From Okeania sp. SIO1H4 (GTDB lineage Bacteria > Cyanobacteriota > Cyanobacteriia > Cyanobacteriales > Microcoleaceae): a DNA stretch of 64,000 nucleotides. The DNA lies in the NCBI RefSeq assembly GCF_010672695.1, contig NZ_JAAHGB010000033.1, positions 7,965 to 71,964 of the forward strand, read 5' to 3'. The stretch's first letter is position 1; each line of letters starts with the position of its first letter. Both the position numbers and the translations under genes were made by a program. The notes beneath the pieces were generated by a model. That model searched no databases and was not told where the DNA came from. It worked only from the letters and a program-made list of their open reading frames with translations. Of the stretch, positions 51,040 to 62,673 are shown one piece after another.

Positions 51040-52676
51040 TTATGGGCCAGCTTGAGCGATCGCCCGAATTGTCTCAGCCCCCAAAGCCTCCACTTTTTGC
51101 TGAAACTCAGTAGCAGTAATTTCAGCCATTTGCCTTGCCTTCTCAATCTCTAAATTATTCAGTGTCTGCTGATGGGCTAACTCAGTCTCCTGACGCGCCC
51201 TCAACTGAGCCATCTCAGCCTCATGGCGAATCCGTGCTGCTTCTACTTCCTGCTGCGCCAAATTCACCGCCAACTGGCCTTGAAAAGGAGATAACATATA
51301 AGCTTGAGGTCCATTGACTAATTTTAGTTCCCCACTTTGAACATCCCGTACATATATACCTTCATTTTTGTCTAGGGGAATAGCCTGAAGTTTTTCTAAT
51401 ACTTCTAATTCCACTGGGGGAATATAATCTCTTGGCCCAGTAATCATCCATAAATCTCCTGGTTGCCGAGTAATAACGTTTGCTCCTGTTCCCTCGGTGA
51501 AAGTTTCCTCAACTCTGATTAGGAGTGCTTCTTGTTCACCAAGAATATAGACCTTTTTAATTCCTGTTTCTAAATCTTCTCCTGGGTGCAAAAAGAAAGA
51601 TGTTCTGCCCTGACGCACTTCTTTCATACCCCACTGCGGTTTACCATCTGCATCTATGGGATTAGTTACTATGCACCATTCGCGATCGCTTAAAGTAGTG
51701 ATTTTGACTTCTCCCACTACTTCTTCATAAACGTCGGGAATATGAATTTCAGCATCTGCAAAAGTAACTAACTATTCATATCCCGCTTTGCGTTGCTGAC
51801 CAAAAATATCAGTAAAAGTCCGTTTTGCTTTTAGATGTAGTGCTTGACGTTCGGTTAATACATAGGCATCAATAGTATCGACAATTTCTTCATCTACTCC
51901 AGGCAAATAAGCACCTTCTTCCCTGACCAACCATTATTCCCCAGTTCTACGTCTGTTACCTTGACGATCTATACAATTTTGTCGTGCCAGCAGTCGTAAG
52001 GCTTGGTTAGGTTTAATTATTTTAGCTATAACTGTGACTACCACTTCAACTTCTACCCTGGGAGTGTAAGTTCCTGGCCCCTCAAATAACCATTCATCCC
52101 CTGTCGTACGAGTGACAGTTTGAGACTCTCCTGCAACGATAACTGTATCAGTAAAATCTCGTATTGCTTTGAGACGTAGAGTTTGGTTTGTGTCAATTAC
52201 TTGTAGTTGAGTTACATCTTCTTCGAGTATTTCTCCTGGATATAGTGGGAAAGGGTCTTGAGCAAAGCGAATTTCCAGATCGCCATATTTGAGTCTAATT
52301 TAACCATACTCATCGGCCACAAGTTGATCTGAACTATAGCAATGTGCGCTGGCATATTTACACATTATTTTTTGTACACCTTTTCTAAAATGCACTTTGA
52401 ACTGGGCCTTGTAAATACCTGAGCGCTCATTGCTATATTTCTTAGTACAGGGTTAGCTGCTACACAATAATGGCGAGGTGGAACTACAATTGTCAGTTGT
52501 GGTTGTCAGACTAACCTTTCTGCATCTCCAAGGGTAATGGTTTGAGGGCCTATTTCTAGTCTGATAACACCAGTGTTATTGTCAAGAACATGAATATACT
52601 GTTGTGGCTTCAGGAGAATTATACCATTGTTCTCTATTGTAATTGGATATTCTGTGGTACTTTTTATTTTACTCAT
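51040..52676 (-). pseudogene. Major vault protein (MVP)-like gene, decayed by nonsense codons, frameshifts and a large internal deletion. The intact C-terminal ORF 51040..51717 has two MVP repeats joined directly to the end of the cap-helix.
   Basis: Translations across 51718-52676 give [107 protein letters not shown] and GYE*LVTFADAE. These match human MVP ([90 protein letters not shown]). Stops replace conserved E/W, and the shoulder and cap domains are mostly missing. Confidence 0.8.
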
Positions 52677-52739
52677 AGTTTAATAGTTTTGTAACTAGAA
52701 ATCTTAAGTTATTCATTATCCATTATTAATTATCTCTTA

Positions 52740-55118
52740 CTATCGTCGCCAAATTTTAATAGTTCTGTCTTTACTACCACTAGCAATACTATTACCATCA
52801 GGACTAAAAGTAACTGTATAAATCTCATCTTTATGCCCGGTCAAAGTACTAACTAATTCTCCTGTTTCTAAATCCCATATCTTAATATTATTATCCTTAC
52901 TGCCACTAGCAATATATCGACCATCTTCGCTAATATCAACAGATACAACTTCAGCAGTATGACCAAGAATAGTTTTGATTAATTCTCCTGTTTTTAAGCT
53001 CCAAATTTTAATAGTATTATCGTAACTCCCACTCACTATTTTTTCCCCATCTGGACTAATATCAACAGACCTAATTACTCCTTCATGTCCAGTCAATGTA
53101 TTAATTAATTCTCCAGTATATAAATCTTCAATTTTTATAGTTTGATCTGCACTACCACTAACCAATATTCTGCCGTCAGGACTAATAGCAATAGAATAAA
53201 CTACATCTGAGTGATCGGGGAAATTAAAAATTAAGAAACCTGTTTCTAAATCCCAAACTTTAACTGTTTTATCTCCACTAGCACTAGCAATTGTTTGATT
53301 ATCAGAACTCATAGCAACTGACCAAACAGGTGCCCAATGTTCAAATACTCGAAATAATTCTCCTGTTTCCAAATTCCAGATCATTACTCTCCAATCATAA
53401 GTACCTACCACTAATTTAGTACCATTATTATTCAAAGCAACTGACCAAATTGGAGAATCATCTGCAGCTAATGTGTTGATAATTTTTCCTGTAGGAACTT
53501 CTAAAATTTTTACTGTTGTATCTCTACTTCCAGTAACTAAATTTTCGCCATTATCACTAAATGCAAGAGCGCCTATAGAAGCATTAAACCTAGACAAATC
53601 TTCAACTTGATAATTCTGCCAATTTAGACCTTGTTGACAATTTTGTAAAAGAGATTGAGCTTCAGCAAAAATGCTAGATTTTTCACTAATTAAAGTTCCT
53701 TGATTGATACATTCTTCATAGTTGCGCTCTATGTATAAGTTTTTTACAAAATTAAATTTTGCCGATTCTTGTTCTTGCTGTTGTAATACTTGTTGTTGAC
53801 GTAATTGTAAATAATTTTGGAATTTAAGATATCTATATATAGCAAAGATTATTACAATTAAGGTAGCGATAAATCCTAAAATCAACTGCCAGTTAAAAGA
53901 TGATTGTTTGTTATTATTGCTAAATATTTTTTTAAATTTAGTAAGTAGAGATTTTGGTAAAACTCTGTTTTCTATTAATTCTATATCTTCTTGAGTTAGT
54001 CCTAAAATTTGCTGTAGACGCTCTAACTCCTGGCGAGTTTCTTGACTAAAAGGATATTCTTCCTGAATCGCAGCTTTTAATGTTTCTTCATATCTTTCTC
54101 CTTTCATCCGATATTTACGGTAAGGATTTAATACTTCATCCTCAATTATTTCCGTTTCTTCCCGGGAGAGTTCTAAACTTTCTCTAAGTTCATCTAAAAT
54201 TCTTCTCCCGACAATAGAAATATCTCCTCTATCGCTAGCTCGACGAATAACCTCTTCCCGATAAATTTCTTTATTATCTGTAGCGAAACTTGGAAACTCA
54301 TTAATTTTTTTTAAATCTGCTATAACTTCTGCTGCTGACTGGTAACGTTCGTGAAAGTTATAGCGCACCATTTTATCTAAAATATCTGCTAGAGAAGTAG
54401 AACAATTTGTTAGGTATCGCCAAAAAATCTCTTTTTTTTCACCATTTTCATTATCCTTTAGTTTCGATAATTCGCTGCTAGGCAATCCCGTAATTGCCTG
54501 AATGCCAATCATTCCTAAAGCATAAATATCACTATTTAATTGGGGATTATATTCAAATTGTTCAATTGGCATATATTCCATTGTGCCAATCCTAGCTGTA
54601 GGATTTTGCTGACCAATATTAATTTCTTTAACAGCTCCAAAATCAATTAATACTAATTGATTATCCGATTTTCTTCTAATTAAATTAGCAGGCTTAATAT
54701 CTCGATGAATAACACTATTTTCATGCACAAATACTAAAATTTCTAATACTTCATTGATAATTAAAATTACTTGTTTTTCAGATAGGGGTTTACCAGGTAA
54801 TATTTCATTGTCTAAAGATTGACCAGGAATAAAAGATTGAACTAGAAAAAACTCTCGATCTTCTTCAAAATATGCAAGTAGTTTAGGAATTCGATCATGT
54901 TGAGAAAGCTTTTCTAGCATCTGTGCTTCTTTTTGAAATCGATCGCGAACGATATTAATTAATCTTCGATCATAAATACTTGGTTGTAGATGCTTAATAA
55001 AACATTGTGCTTCTCCAGGACGACGAATGTCTAAGGCCAGATAAGCATGGCCAATTTCCCCTGATTCAATAATTTTAATAATTTGATAGCGTCCATCTAA
55101 AATATTACCAATCATCAT
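52740..55118 (-). CDS. Ser/Thr protein kinase with C-terminal WD40 beta-propeller (7 repeats)
   Basis: Kinase subdomains (VIHRDIKPANL, DFG, coiled/TM segment) followed by seven WD repeats each ending in ...W(D/S). 792 aa. Confidence 0.85.
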   Translation of the reverse strand: MMIGNILDGRYQIIKIIESGEIGHAYLALDIRRPGEAQCFIKHLQPSIYDRRLINIVRDRFQKEAQMLEKLSQHDRIPKLLAYFEEDREFFLVQSFIPGQSLDNEILPGKPLSEKQVILIINEVLEILVFVHENSVIHRDIKPANLIRRKSDNQLVLIDFGAVKEINIGQQNPTARIGTMEYMPIEQFEYNPQLNSDIYALGMIGIQAITGLPSSELSKLKDNENGEKKEIFWRYLTNCSTSLADILDKMVRYNFHERYQSAAEVIADLKKINEFPSFATDNKEIYREEVIRRASDRGDISIVGRRILDELRESLELSREETEIIEDEVLNPYRKYRMKGERYEETLKAAIQEEYPFSQETRQELERLQQILGLTQEDIELIENRVLPKSLLTKFKKIFSNNNKQSSFNWQLILGFIATLIVIIFAIYRYLKFQNYLQLRQQQVLQQQEQESAKFNFVKNLYIERNYEECINQGTLISEKSSIFAEAQSLLQNCQQGLNWQNYQVEDLSRFNASIGALAFSDNGENLVTGSRDTTVKILEVPTGKIINTLAADDSPIWSVALNNNGTKLVVGTYDWRVMIWNLETGELFRVFEHWAPVWSVAMSSDNQTIASASGDKTVKVWDLETGFLIFNFPDHSDVVYSIAISPDGRILVSGSADQTIKIEDLYTGELINTLTGHEGVIRSVDISPDGEKIVSGSYDNTIKIWSLKTGELIKTILGHTAEVVSVDISEDGRYIASGSKDNNIKIWDLETGELVSTLTGHKDEIYTVTFSPDGNSIASGSKDRTIKIWRR

Positions 55119-55430
55119 TATTGTGGTAGAGCCTTTTTTAGTTGATTATGGCATGAAACAATTTACTCATTTTGACATCTACAATTATAAAAAAAATAGT
55201 TTTAATTAAGAATATTTTCCTGATTCCAAAACTGAAAATTAGAAGTTTAATTGTAACCCTTAATCATTAATTGATAGAGATATGTTACTCCAGAACACAA
55301 ATTAATTCTGATAAAAAGTGTAATATAGAAACCAAAATAATAATTTTGGCCACTCAAAACAAAAGCACAATTTTAACAGTGCTATCATAGACAGAAGCAA
55401 AGCTAAAATCAGGTATAGGGAGTTAAGTGG

Positions 55431-55880
55431 ATGAGCCATGAAATAATAGCAATTAGGAGACCTGTTAGACCAAAACAGCCTATTGAGCCAAATTCTCCAA
55501 AGGAGGCGCTTCACGAACAAATTGAGTCAAAAGTAGAAAAACCAAATTCAATAAAAAATAGCCCCTCATCAAGAACAGAAGGTACGAATGAAAGGCAATT
55601 AGGAAAACCAATAAGTAAATCAGAAAGACCCAAAAAACCAGGAAAACCAAAGCTAAAAGAATCTATCCAACAAGTCACCAATGCTAACGGAAAAGTTTTT
55701 AGTTCGGGGGATAAGATTTTAGTATCAGCACCCTGGAGTAGTATTGTAGAAGCTGAAATTACGGGTTTTTATAAAAGTCCTGGAGGTTCAATCTGGGCAA
55801 TTTTTCTTCCCCAAGAATCTCTACCTAAGTGGAAGTGGGAAAAAGGTTGCATCCGAGCTGAATTATTAAAACAAGCATAA
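55431..55880 (+). CDS. Hypothetical Lys/Pro-rich protein
   Basis: ORF only. Low-complexity N-terminus, possible small C-terminal domain. Confidence 0.3.
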   Translation: MSHEIIAIRRPVRPKQPIEPNSPKEALHEQIESKVEKPNSIKNSPSSRTEGTNERQLGKPISKSERPKKPGKPKLKESIQQVTNANGKVFSSGDKILVSAPWSSIVEAEITGFYKSPGGSIWAIFLPQESLPKWKWEKGCIRAELLKQA

Positions 55881-56842
55881 TTAAGGCAAAAAAAATCTTA
55901 AATTCAGGATAATTTAGCATCTAAAAAAAATCCTAAAAAATATAACAGGATGATTTGGGTTGTGTAGAAAATATCCTGAATCAAATTAAGAGGAAACAGG
56001 GAAAAAATATCCTGAATAAAGGGAGGGGGGAGAGGATATATTTTAAACTTTTCTCCTGTTCCATAAATATTTAATCAAACTTGATATAACTGATACTAAA
56101 TCTGATTTAGATAGGTTACTTGTTAAGGTAGTAAATATTTATCCAAATGGTTAAATTCAAACAAATCAATTTCTTAAAGTGCTGAAAGTGTTAGTTTTTC
56201 AGGAGTTAATTCTTGAGCAAATTGGAAAACAAAATTTTCTTGCTGTTTAGTTTCTATTGTGTATTGAAGAGTTTCTCTGACCTTAGCGATCGCCTCACTA
56301 TCAGTTCCGGTGCTCCCTACTCCCTCTCTTGGTGAGCGTTCCTTGCCTTGGTCGATTGGATATGGCGTTAGCGCAACGGATCTGCCAGAGCGGGTTTCCT
56401 CGCCATTTCACCCTACGGGAAGCTCCAAAGATCGACCGCTTGCGTCTGTCGCACCCCGCGGGGTCGCACCGCTGCTCCCTACTCCCTAAATTTTTGATTG
56501 TGGTTATTCAAACAGACATGATATAATAGTAAAAATCCTTAAAAAAAATTTAGAGACGCGATCGCCCACATCTCTAAAATTACTATTCGACTATTTCAGC
56601 CAGAATTGATATCCTCTCGACGTTGCGCTTAGGCGACAACGTGGGATTCCTAACCATCACTGATTAGGTTTTTCTGTTCCCTCTTGCCTCCTCCGGAGGA
56701 GCTGCGCTAACAGAGGATCTGCCTCCGAGGTCTTTCCCTCTTTTTGGTCTTAAGGTCGCTCCACAGTACGTCACCAATCCGATGGCTCCCCTAGACACTG
56801 CTAGCCCAGCAGCCTCAATTTAAGTATTATAGCACATGGTTT

Positions 56843-56870
56843 GAAAAAAAAACCAATCAATATTGGTTTT
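56843..56870 (-). terminator. Intrinsic terminator candidate for the minus-strand DEAD-box helicase gene (hairpin AACCAAT-ATTG-ATTGGTT followed by a U9 tract on the minus strand)
   Basis: + strand shows AAAAAAAAACCAATCAATATTGGTTTT. It lies 65-90 nt downstream of the helicase stop. The stem is AT-rich (7 bp). Confidence 0.45.
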
Positions 56871-56932
56871 CCCATAGGATTATCCCGCACTCTCCTGAGG
56901 GCGGGTCTTCAACCAACGTTGAAATAAGTAAC

Positions 56933-58417
56933 TTAATTATTGCGTGACACAGAAGCCTCTTCTACAAAATTGTCACCATCTCTCCTCTGATTTTTAGGAG
57001 AAGGTTTTTGATGACGAATCTTCGGTGAGCGTGGCTTTGGCTTTGGCTTCGGAGTTTCATAGACAGGGATTTCTTCCTCCTGAGCATAATCAGGCCCCAT
57101 CCAAGCAGGACGAGTTTCATCATAAGCTATCTGTAAAGCTGCTGCAGCGATCGCATGGGGGTCATACTCTTCACCCAACTGAGCAATCAATGGTAAGAAA
57201 GAAGCCATTCGTTCCCCACTCAGAGCATCTCGTACCTTATTCTGTAACTTCTGCAACTGTCGGGCTTCAATTTGAGACCGCTTAGGAATCGAGCGAGTAT
57301 CCAAACGTTGACGTAGATGACGTTCTATCAACCGTAACTTCCGCTTATCTAAAGGATTAATTAACGAAATCGCTGTACCTTCACGACCTGCACGACCTGT
57401 ACGACCAATACGGTGAACATAATTTTCCACACTATCAGGTAAATCGTAGTTAATCACATGAGTTAAGTGGTCCACATCTAAACCACGAGCTGCAATATCA
57501 GTTGCCACTACCCAACGTACTTGTTGATTACGAAAGCGACTTAGCAACCGTTCTCGTTGGGATTGATTCAAGTTACCATGATATTCATCAACACTATGAC
57601 CTGCTGACTGTAATTGGTTTGTTAGTTCAGCCGCTGCTTGCCTTGTCCGCACAAATATCAAAGCTGCTTCTGGGTCTTCGAGTTCTAGAACTGGCTGTAA
57701 GGCTTTAGCTTTCGGCCAACCACGAGGCACCATGTAAGCAATCTGAGAAATTCGCTTCGGAGTTGTCTTTTGTTGAGCAACTTTGACTGTTACTGGCGAT
57801 CGCAAATATTTATTCACCAGTTTCTTGATTGAGTAGTCCATGGTAGCAGAGAAGAAAGCTGTTTGATGTTCAGTGGGTGCTGCATCCAAAATTCTTTCTA
57901 CATCCTGAATAAAACCCATACTCAACATTTCGTCAGCTTCGTCTAAAACCATCATTTTCAAACTATCTAGTTTTAAACTATTGCGACTCAGCATATCCAG
58001 AATCCGTCCTGGCGTTCCAACTACGATATGAACACCTCTTTGAAGGCGCTGAATCTGACGTTCAATAGATTGACCGCCATAAACAGTTAAGACCTGTAAT
58101 CGATGTTTCGTTGGACTCTTGTTATCCAAACCAGCAATTTGACGAATCGCTTCTGTAACTTGCAGCGCTAACTCACGAGTGGGAGTCAAAATCAAAGCTT
58201 GAACTGCCTTTGTCTCCAGCTCAATTCTCTCCAATATGGGTAACGAAAACGCTGCGGTTTTACCTGTTCCTGTTTGGGCTTGACCTACAATATCGGTTCC
58301 TGCCAGCAAATGAGGTATTGCTTGGACTTGAATCGGAGTAGGTTCAGTAAAACCAATTGTTTCCAGATGATTTACACGCTCTTGTGAAATTCCTAAATTT
58401 GCAAACGATAAATCCAT
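56933..58417 (-). CDS. DEAD-box ATP-dependent RNA helicase (CrhR/CsdA-like) with basic C-terminal extension
   Basis: Q-motif, AQTGTGKT, PTRELA, DEAD, SAT and HRIGRTGRAG motifs. 494 aa. Confidence 0.9.
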   Translation of the reverse strand: MDLSFANLGISQERVNHLETIGFTEPTPIQVQAIPHLLAGTDIVGQAQTGTGKTAAFSLPILERIELETKAVQALILTPTRELALQVTEAIRQIAGLDNKSPTKHRLQVLTVYGGQSIERQIQRLQRGVHIVVGTPGRILDMLSRNSLKLDSLKMMVLDEADEMLSMGFIQDVERILDAAPTEHQTAFFSATMDYSIKKLVNKYLRSPVTVKVAQQKTTPKRISQIAYMVPRGWPKAKALQPVLELEDPEAALIFVRTRQAAAELTNQLQSAGHSVDEYHGNLNQSQRERLLSRFRNQQVRWVVATDIAARGLDVDHLTHVINYDLPDSVENYVHRIGRTGRAGREGTAISLINPLDKRKLRLIERHLRQRLDTRSIPKRSQIEARQLQKLQNKVRDALSGERMASFLPLIAQLGEEYDPHAIAAAALQIAYDETRPAWMGPDYAQEEEIPVYETPKPKPKPRSPKIRHQKPSPKNQRRDGDNFVEEASVSRNN

Positions 58418-59743
58418 TCATTCTCCTAAGTAAATTATTTTACATCTGGTTTTGTTACCCAACTTGGAGGCAGATTTATGCTCAACTATAGCTGCTTATC
58501 AGCCCTTGCTCACGATAAACCTGTAGTTATTTGGTAGGGCAGTATGCCTTTGCCAATCACAGTTTCTACTAAATCTACTAAACTGATAGCTAACATTTTA
58601 GTAGTGTCTGTATGTTCTCAACGGCTAGGTTTTAACCTGAAGATCGACGACAGAATTAAAGGCAAAATGCCTGTTCCTTTTCTCTCTAGTTGGGTATAGT
58701 GAAGTACCTGCTCTATAAAACTGATACAAAGCGTCACATAAAGTGACAAATTGACGTTTACTTCTTGCTTCAACTGAGGCCGTCGGCGGTTACTCATCCA
58801 CAAGCATTTACGGTCGAGCCGACCGCATATCTCAAATTTATACTGGCGTTTAAATCTCCTCAAAAGGAGAATCAGCGCAGCCACCCTGCTTCTCAAGGCG
58901 GATAAATTCTGATTTTTTTTGTAGAGGCTTTCCGATTTTACAGGCAGACAAACATGAACATTATTAAGTTATGTAGTTTGTCTGATTACCTGAACTACCG
59001 CTAGTAGATATAATAGAAAATTTATATTGTTTCTACGACCTTTTAAGTAAGTCAGGTAGGTTATCAACCACTACAATATAAAGATATAGAAATTACTACT
59101 GTCTCACACATATCAATCTCAGGAATTTTAAGCCCCTGCGATTAAGTTTCCTTTCGTCTCACTCCTAAACCTACGGCCATAGAGAGGAATTTCCTAGAGG
59201 GTCTGTTGAGAAAGGTTAGAGCCAATATTTGGCTATCGTTAAGCTGTTGTATATATCAAGTTTCCGTTGGACAAAGGAAGAAAAAATGACCTTAATTTTG
59301 AGGTTTTCCATGTCCCAGCGTATCTACCTACATTACCGTAGGTATTTTATGATACTTAACAGCTCCCTTTGGGTAGCTCGTCTTTATCTTCATAATGATT
59401 AACATAATAACAAATGACTTAACATTTGCCACATTTATTACATATTTTCCTGGAATTAACTTAATTTTTTAGATTTTGTACATTGATGTAGAGGTTTTGG
59501 GACATTACACACTTTTTACAGAAGTTACTTAAAAGTGATACAGGCGTTACATGTAAAGTCTGTAAAGCAATCAAAGTTAAGAAGAATTTCTGATGTATAT
59601 ATTGTAATGTGTTAAGATTTTAAGTTGCGCAAGAAGCCCAGTATAGTTTATATCTTCATAAGTATCATTTAGTTGCAAGACTTTATGTGTCTAATGATGC
59701 TTTGGCAATCCCTAAAAATGTACCCTACACTTCAACTGAATGA

Positions 59744-61075
59744 CTAATTGCTTGATTTACTCAAATCTACATAACCATACAAATCGTAAACATCTGCATC
59801 TGTAATCATCACTGGCACAATTGAACCCAAACGAGCTTTACCTTGGAGATAAACAAGTCCATCCACTTCTGGAGAAAACCGTGGTGACCTACCAATCAAC
59901 TCTCCTGTCTGAGGATTTTCCTGTTCAATCAGTACATCAACTACTTGTCCCACTGATTTTTGATTCTGTTTTCCAGATATGGGCTGCTGGACTTGCATAA
60001 TTTTTTCTCTACGGGTGTCCATCACTGCTTTGGGCAACTGATTAGGCAAACTATAGGCGGGGGTTCCTTCTTCTGGAGAGAAAGTAAATACCCCAACATG
60101 ATCGAACTCGTGACGCTTGACAAATTTCACTAAATGTGCATGATGATCTTCCGTTTCACCAGGGAAGCCCACTATAAAGGTTGTCCGCAACACGGCATTG
60201 GGCATAGCTGCTTTTATTTTTTCGATTATATCATCATTAACCCGACCTTGCCAAGGTCTATTCATGGCCCGCAATATTTGGGGATGAGAATGTTGTAAAG
60301 GCAAGTCTAGATAGGGTAAAATATTGGGAGTTTCTTGAATAGCAGCTATTACTTTGGGAGTCAAACCTGTAGGATAGGCATAGTGCATTCTAATCCAGGG
60401 TATATCAACTTTTCCTAGGGCGCGGAGAAGTTCGGCGAGTTTGGGTTCGCCATAAATATCGATTCCATAGTTAGTGGTTATTTGGGAGATGAGGATGATT
60501 TCTTTTACCCCTTGGTCTGCTAGTTGTTGAGCTTCAGTGACAATAGATTCTATGGTGCGCGATCGCTGATTTCCTCGTAGATGAGGAATAATACAAAAAG
60601 CACAACGATAATCACAACCTTCAGCTATTCGCACATAAGCAACTCCTTCGGATGTGGTGCGGTAACGTGGGGTTGTTTCATCGGCAATATAGGTGGGTTG
60701 AGGGGAGACTTCTGTGACGCGATCGCCTTTTTCTACCCGTTGCATCACATCAACTATTTTATGATAATCACCAGTCCCCACAAGTGCTACTGCTTCTGGT
60801 AACTCTGCAAGTAATTCTTCTTGGAAGTGTTGCGCCATACAACCTGCGATGACTATTTTTTTGTTAGCTTCTGCTAATTCTACCAAAGTACGAACAGATT
60901 CTTCTCTGGCAGTTTGAATAAAACTACAGGTGTTAACGACTACATAATCTGCTAATTCTTCGTTAGCATCTACTTGATAACCCGCTTGTGCTAGTAAACC
61001 TATGATATGTTCGGTATCGATACGATTTTTTTCGCACCCTAAGTGAGAGAATGAAATGGTAGGTTTTGTAGACAT
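59744..61075 (-). CDS. rimO: Radical-SAM methylthiotransferase, RimO-type (ribosomal protein S12 methylthiotransferase)
   Basis: MTTase N-domain ([16 protein letters not shown]...VVVNTCSFI), radical-SAM CxxxCxxC (CDYRCAFC) and TRAM domain ending DVYDLYG, colinear with RimO. 443 aa. Confidence 0.7.
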   Translation of the reverse strand: MSTKPTISFSHLGCEKNRIDTEHIIGLLAQAGYQVDANEELADYVVVNTCSFIQTAREESVRTLVELAEANKKIVIAGCMAQHFQEELLAELPEAVALVGTGDYHKIVDVMQRVEKGDRVTEVSPQPTYIADETTPRYRTTSEGVAYVRIAEGCDYRCAFCIIPHLRGNQRSRTIESIVTEAQQLADQGVKEIILISQITTNYGIDIYGEPKLAELLRALGKVDIPWIRMHYAYPTGLTPKVIAAIQETPNILPYLDLPLQHSHPQILRAMNRPWQGRVNDDIIEKIKAAMPNAVLRTTFIVGFPGETEDHHAHLVKFVKRHEFDHVGVFTFSPEEGTPAYSLPNQLPKAVMDTRREKIMQVQQPISGKQNQKSVGQVVDVLIEQENPQTGELIGRSPRFSPEVDGLVYLQGKARLGSIVPVMITDADVYDLYGYVDLSKSSN

Positions 61076-61142
61076 TTAGAGTTCTGAGTTATTAATTTTG
61101 ATCGGGAATAGTCTTTATAATATAGCATATTACCTATGGCCA

Positions 61143-61262
61143 AATAAGGTATGGCAGTCGAAGGAAAGGGTGCGAACAGATCGAGAGCTTAAAACTCAGA
61201 CAACACAATATTTTTTCTTTTTCCTTCTTCCTTCTTTACTTCTTCCTTCTTCTTTCTGCTAT
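61143..61262. repeat. Copy 4 of the 3'-end-associated element plus CTTCCTT heptamers, downstream of the minus-strand OmpA-like gene (copy 3 is at 47581-47685)
   Basis: TATGGCAGTCGAAGGAAAGGGTGCGAACAGATCGAGAGCTTAAAACTCAGACAACACAATATT... followed by TTCCTTCTTCCTTC. Confidence 0.7.
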
Positions 61263-61379
61263 AAAGCAAGTCAAAGGTCTTAAACAGACAAAAACTGGCA
61301 TTAAATCCTAGAATTTGGCATCTGCCAGTCGAAAAATAAGAGTTAAAAATTAATATTGATTTTGTGAAGAAGTTCAAAG

Positions 61380-62372
61380 TTAATTAGCGGGTGTCAAAAT
61401 AATTACTGTTCGCTGATTGACATCAGCAGCAGGATCGCTACCAGGGAGTGGTTGAGAAAATCCCATTCCTTTGCCAACAACCTGATATGGTAAATTCTGC
61501 TGTTTCAAATATTCGACTACTGCATTTGCTCGGTCTTGAGATATTTCTTGGTTTAACTGAGCACCACCGACCTGAGATGTATGACCTTCAACTCTAATCG
61601 TAACTTTATTAGGATCGTATTCTTTAATTTCTGAGATGAGACTATTTATAGTTTGCTCTGCTTGGGGAGATAATTCAAATTCATCAAATCCAAATTTTAC
61701 TTGACCTAAAGTTTTGGCTTTACTCAAATTCTTGCCTTGTGGTTGAGATGTTGTAGATGTGTTAGTAGAGGTAGCAGCAGAAGTTTCGATTTCTGGCGAT
61801 GATGTAGCAGTTGGTTGTGCAGTTCCAGATCCAGAGGTAGTAGTAATATTAGTAGTAGGTGATACGGTCGCAGATGGAGAAGTAGATACTGAGCTAGTAG
61901 TTGTTTCAGTGTCTGTGGTTTCTGTAGTTGTAGTTATAGACTCTGCTTCAGTGGTTGTTGTATCAGTTGTAATAGGAGTGGGAGACTCTGCTGTAGTAGT
62001 TGTTTCGGTTTCTGTGGTTTCTGTAGTTGTAGTTATAGACTCTGCTTCAGTGGTTGTTGTATCAGTTGTGATGGGAGTGGGAGACTCTGCTGTAGTAGTT
62101 GTTTCGGTTTCTGTAGTTTCTGTAGTTGTAGTTATAGACTCTGCTTCAGTGGTTGTTGTATCAGTTGTTTCAGTTTCTATTCTTTGTACTTGAGTAACTT
62201 CTGTTTTATCATCTACATCTTCAGTTTCAGTCAATTGAACATCAATAGTAGGTTTTTCAAAAGCTTTAGGACCTGCAAATGCCCAAGCACAAATCATCAT
62301 AAAGCCCATACATCCTGCTAAGATACTAGGACTTAAAGTTTGTTGGTGATGTATTTTTTTTTCAGCAGTCAT
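61380..62372 (-). CDS. OmpA/MotB-domain protein with N-terminal TM and Thr-rich tandem-repeat linker
   Basis: C-terminal OmpA-like peptidoglycan-binding domain (VRVEGHTSQVGGAQLNQEISQDRANAV). Three near-identical 93-nt (31-aa) repeats at about 61870-62170 (ITTDTTTTEAESITTTTETTETETTTTAESPTP). Confidence 0.75.
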   Translation of the reverse strand: MTAEKKIHHQQTLSPSILAGCMGFMMICAWAFAGPKAFEKPTIDVQLTETEDVDDKTEVTQVQRIETETTDTTTTEAESITTTTETTETETTTTAESPTPITTDTTTTEAESITTTTETTETETTTTAESPTPITTDTTTTEAESITTTTETTDTETTTSSVSTSPSATVSPTTNITTTSGSGTAQPTATSSPEIETSAATSTNTSTTSQPQGKNLSKAKTLGQVKFGFDEFELSPQAEQTINSLISEIKEYDPNKVTIRVEGHTSQVGGAQLNQEISQDRANAVVEYLKQQNLPYQVVGKGMGFSQPLPGSDPAADVNQRTVIILTPAN

Positions 62373-62673
62373 ATCTAATAATATAGCTCCAAACTAGGTT
62401 TATCTGAAATAACTTCTATTAAACTAATATGATATTGATAGAATCAGCAACTGGCAAAAAATCCAAAATCATTGAGATTCTTGTTATTATTTATAGCAGC
62501 ATTTTATGACAAATGGAATAAATCGTAAATTATTTTTTTTAAGTTCTTTATATCCTTTTAATATTACTATTTAATATTACTATATTCTAAATAAATTGGA
62601 TTTTAATTGAAAATTAAATATCTTAAAGAGACGTTCCGCCAGAACGTCTCTAGAAAACTTGTATTGTTGTTAA

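Noticed and set aside
58618-58896. 92-aa ORF upstream of the DEAD-box helicase
   Set aside because: It overlaps the duplicated 145-nt element, whose other copy (30475-30620) is read in a different frame and length. It is probably a non-coding leader or repeat.
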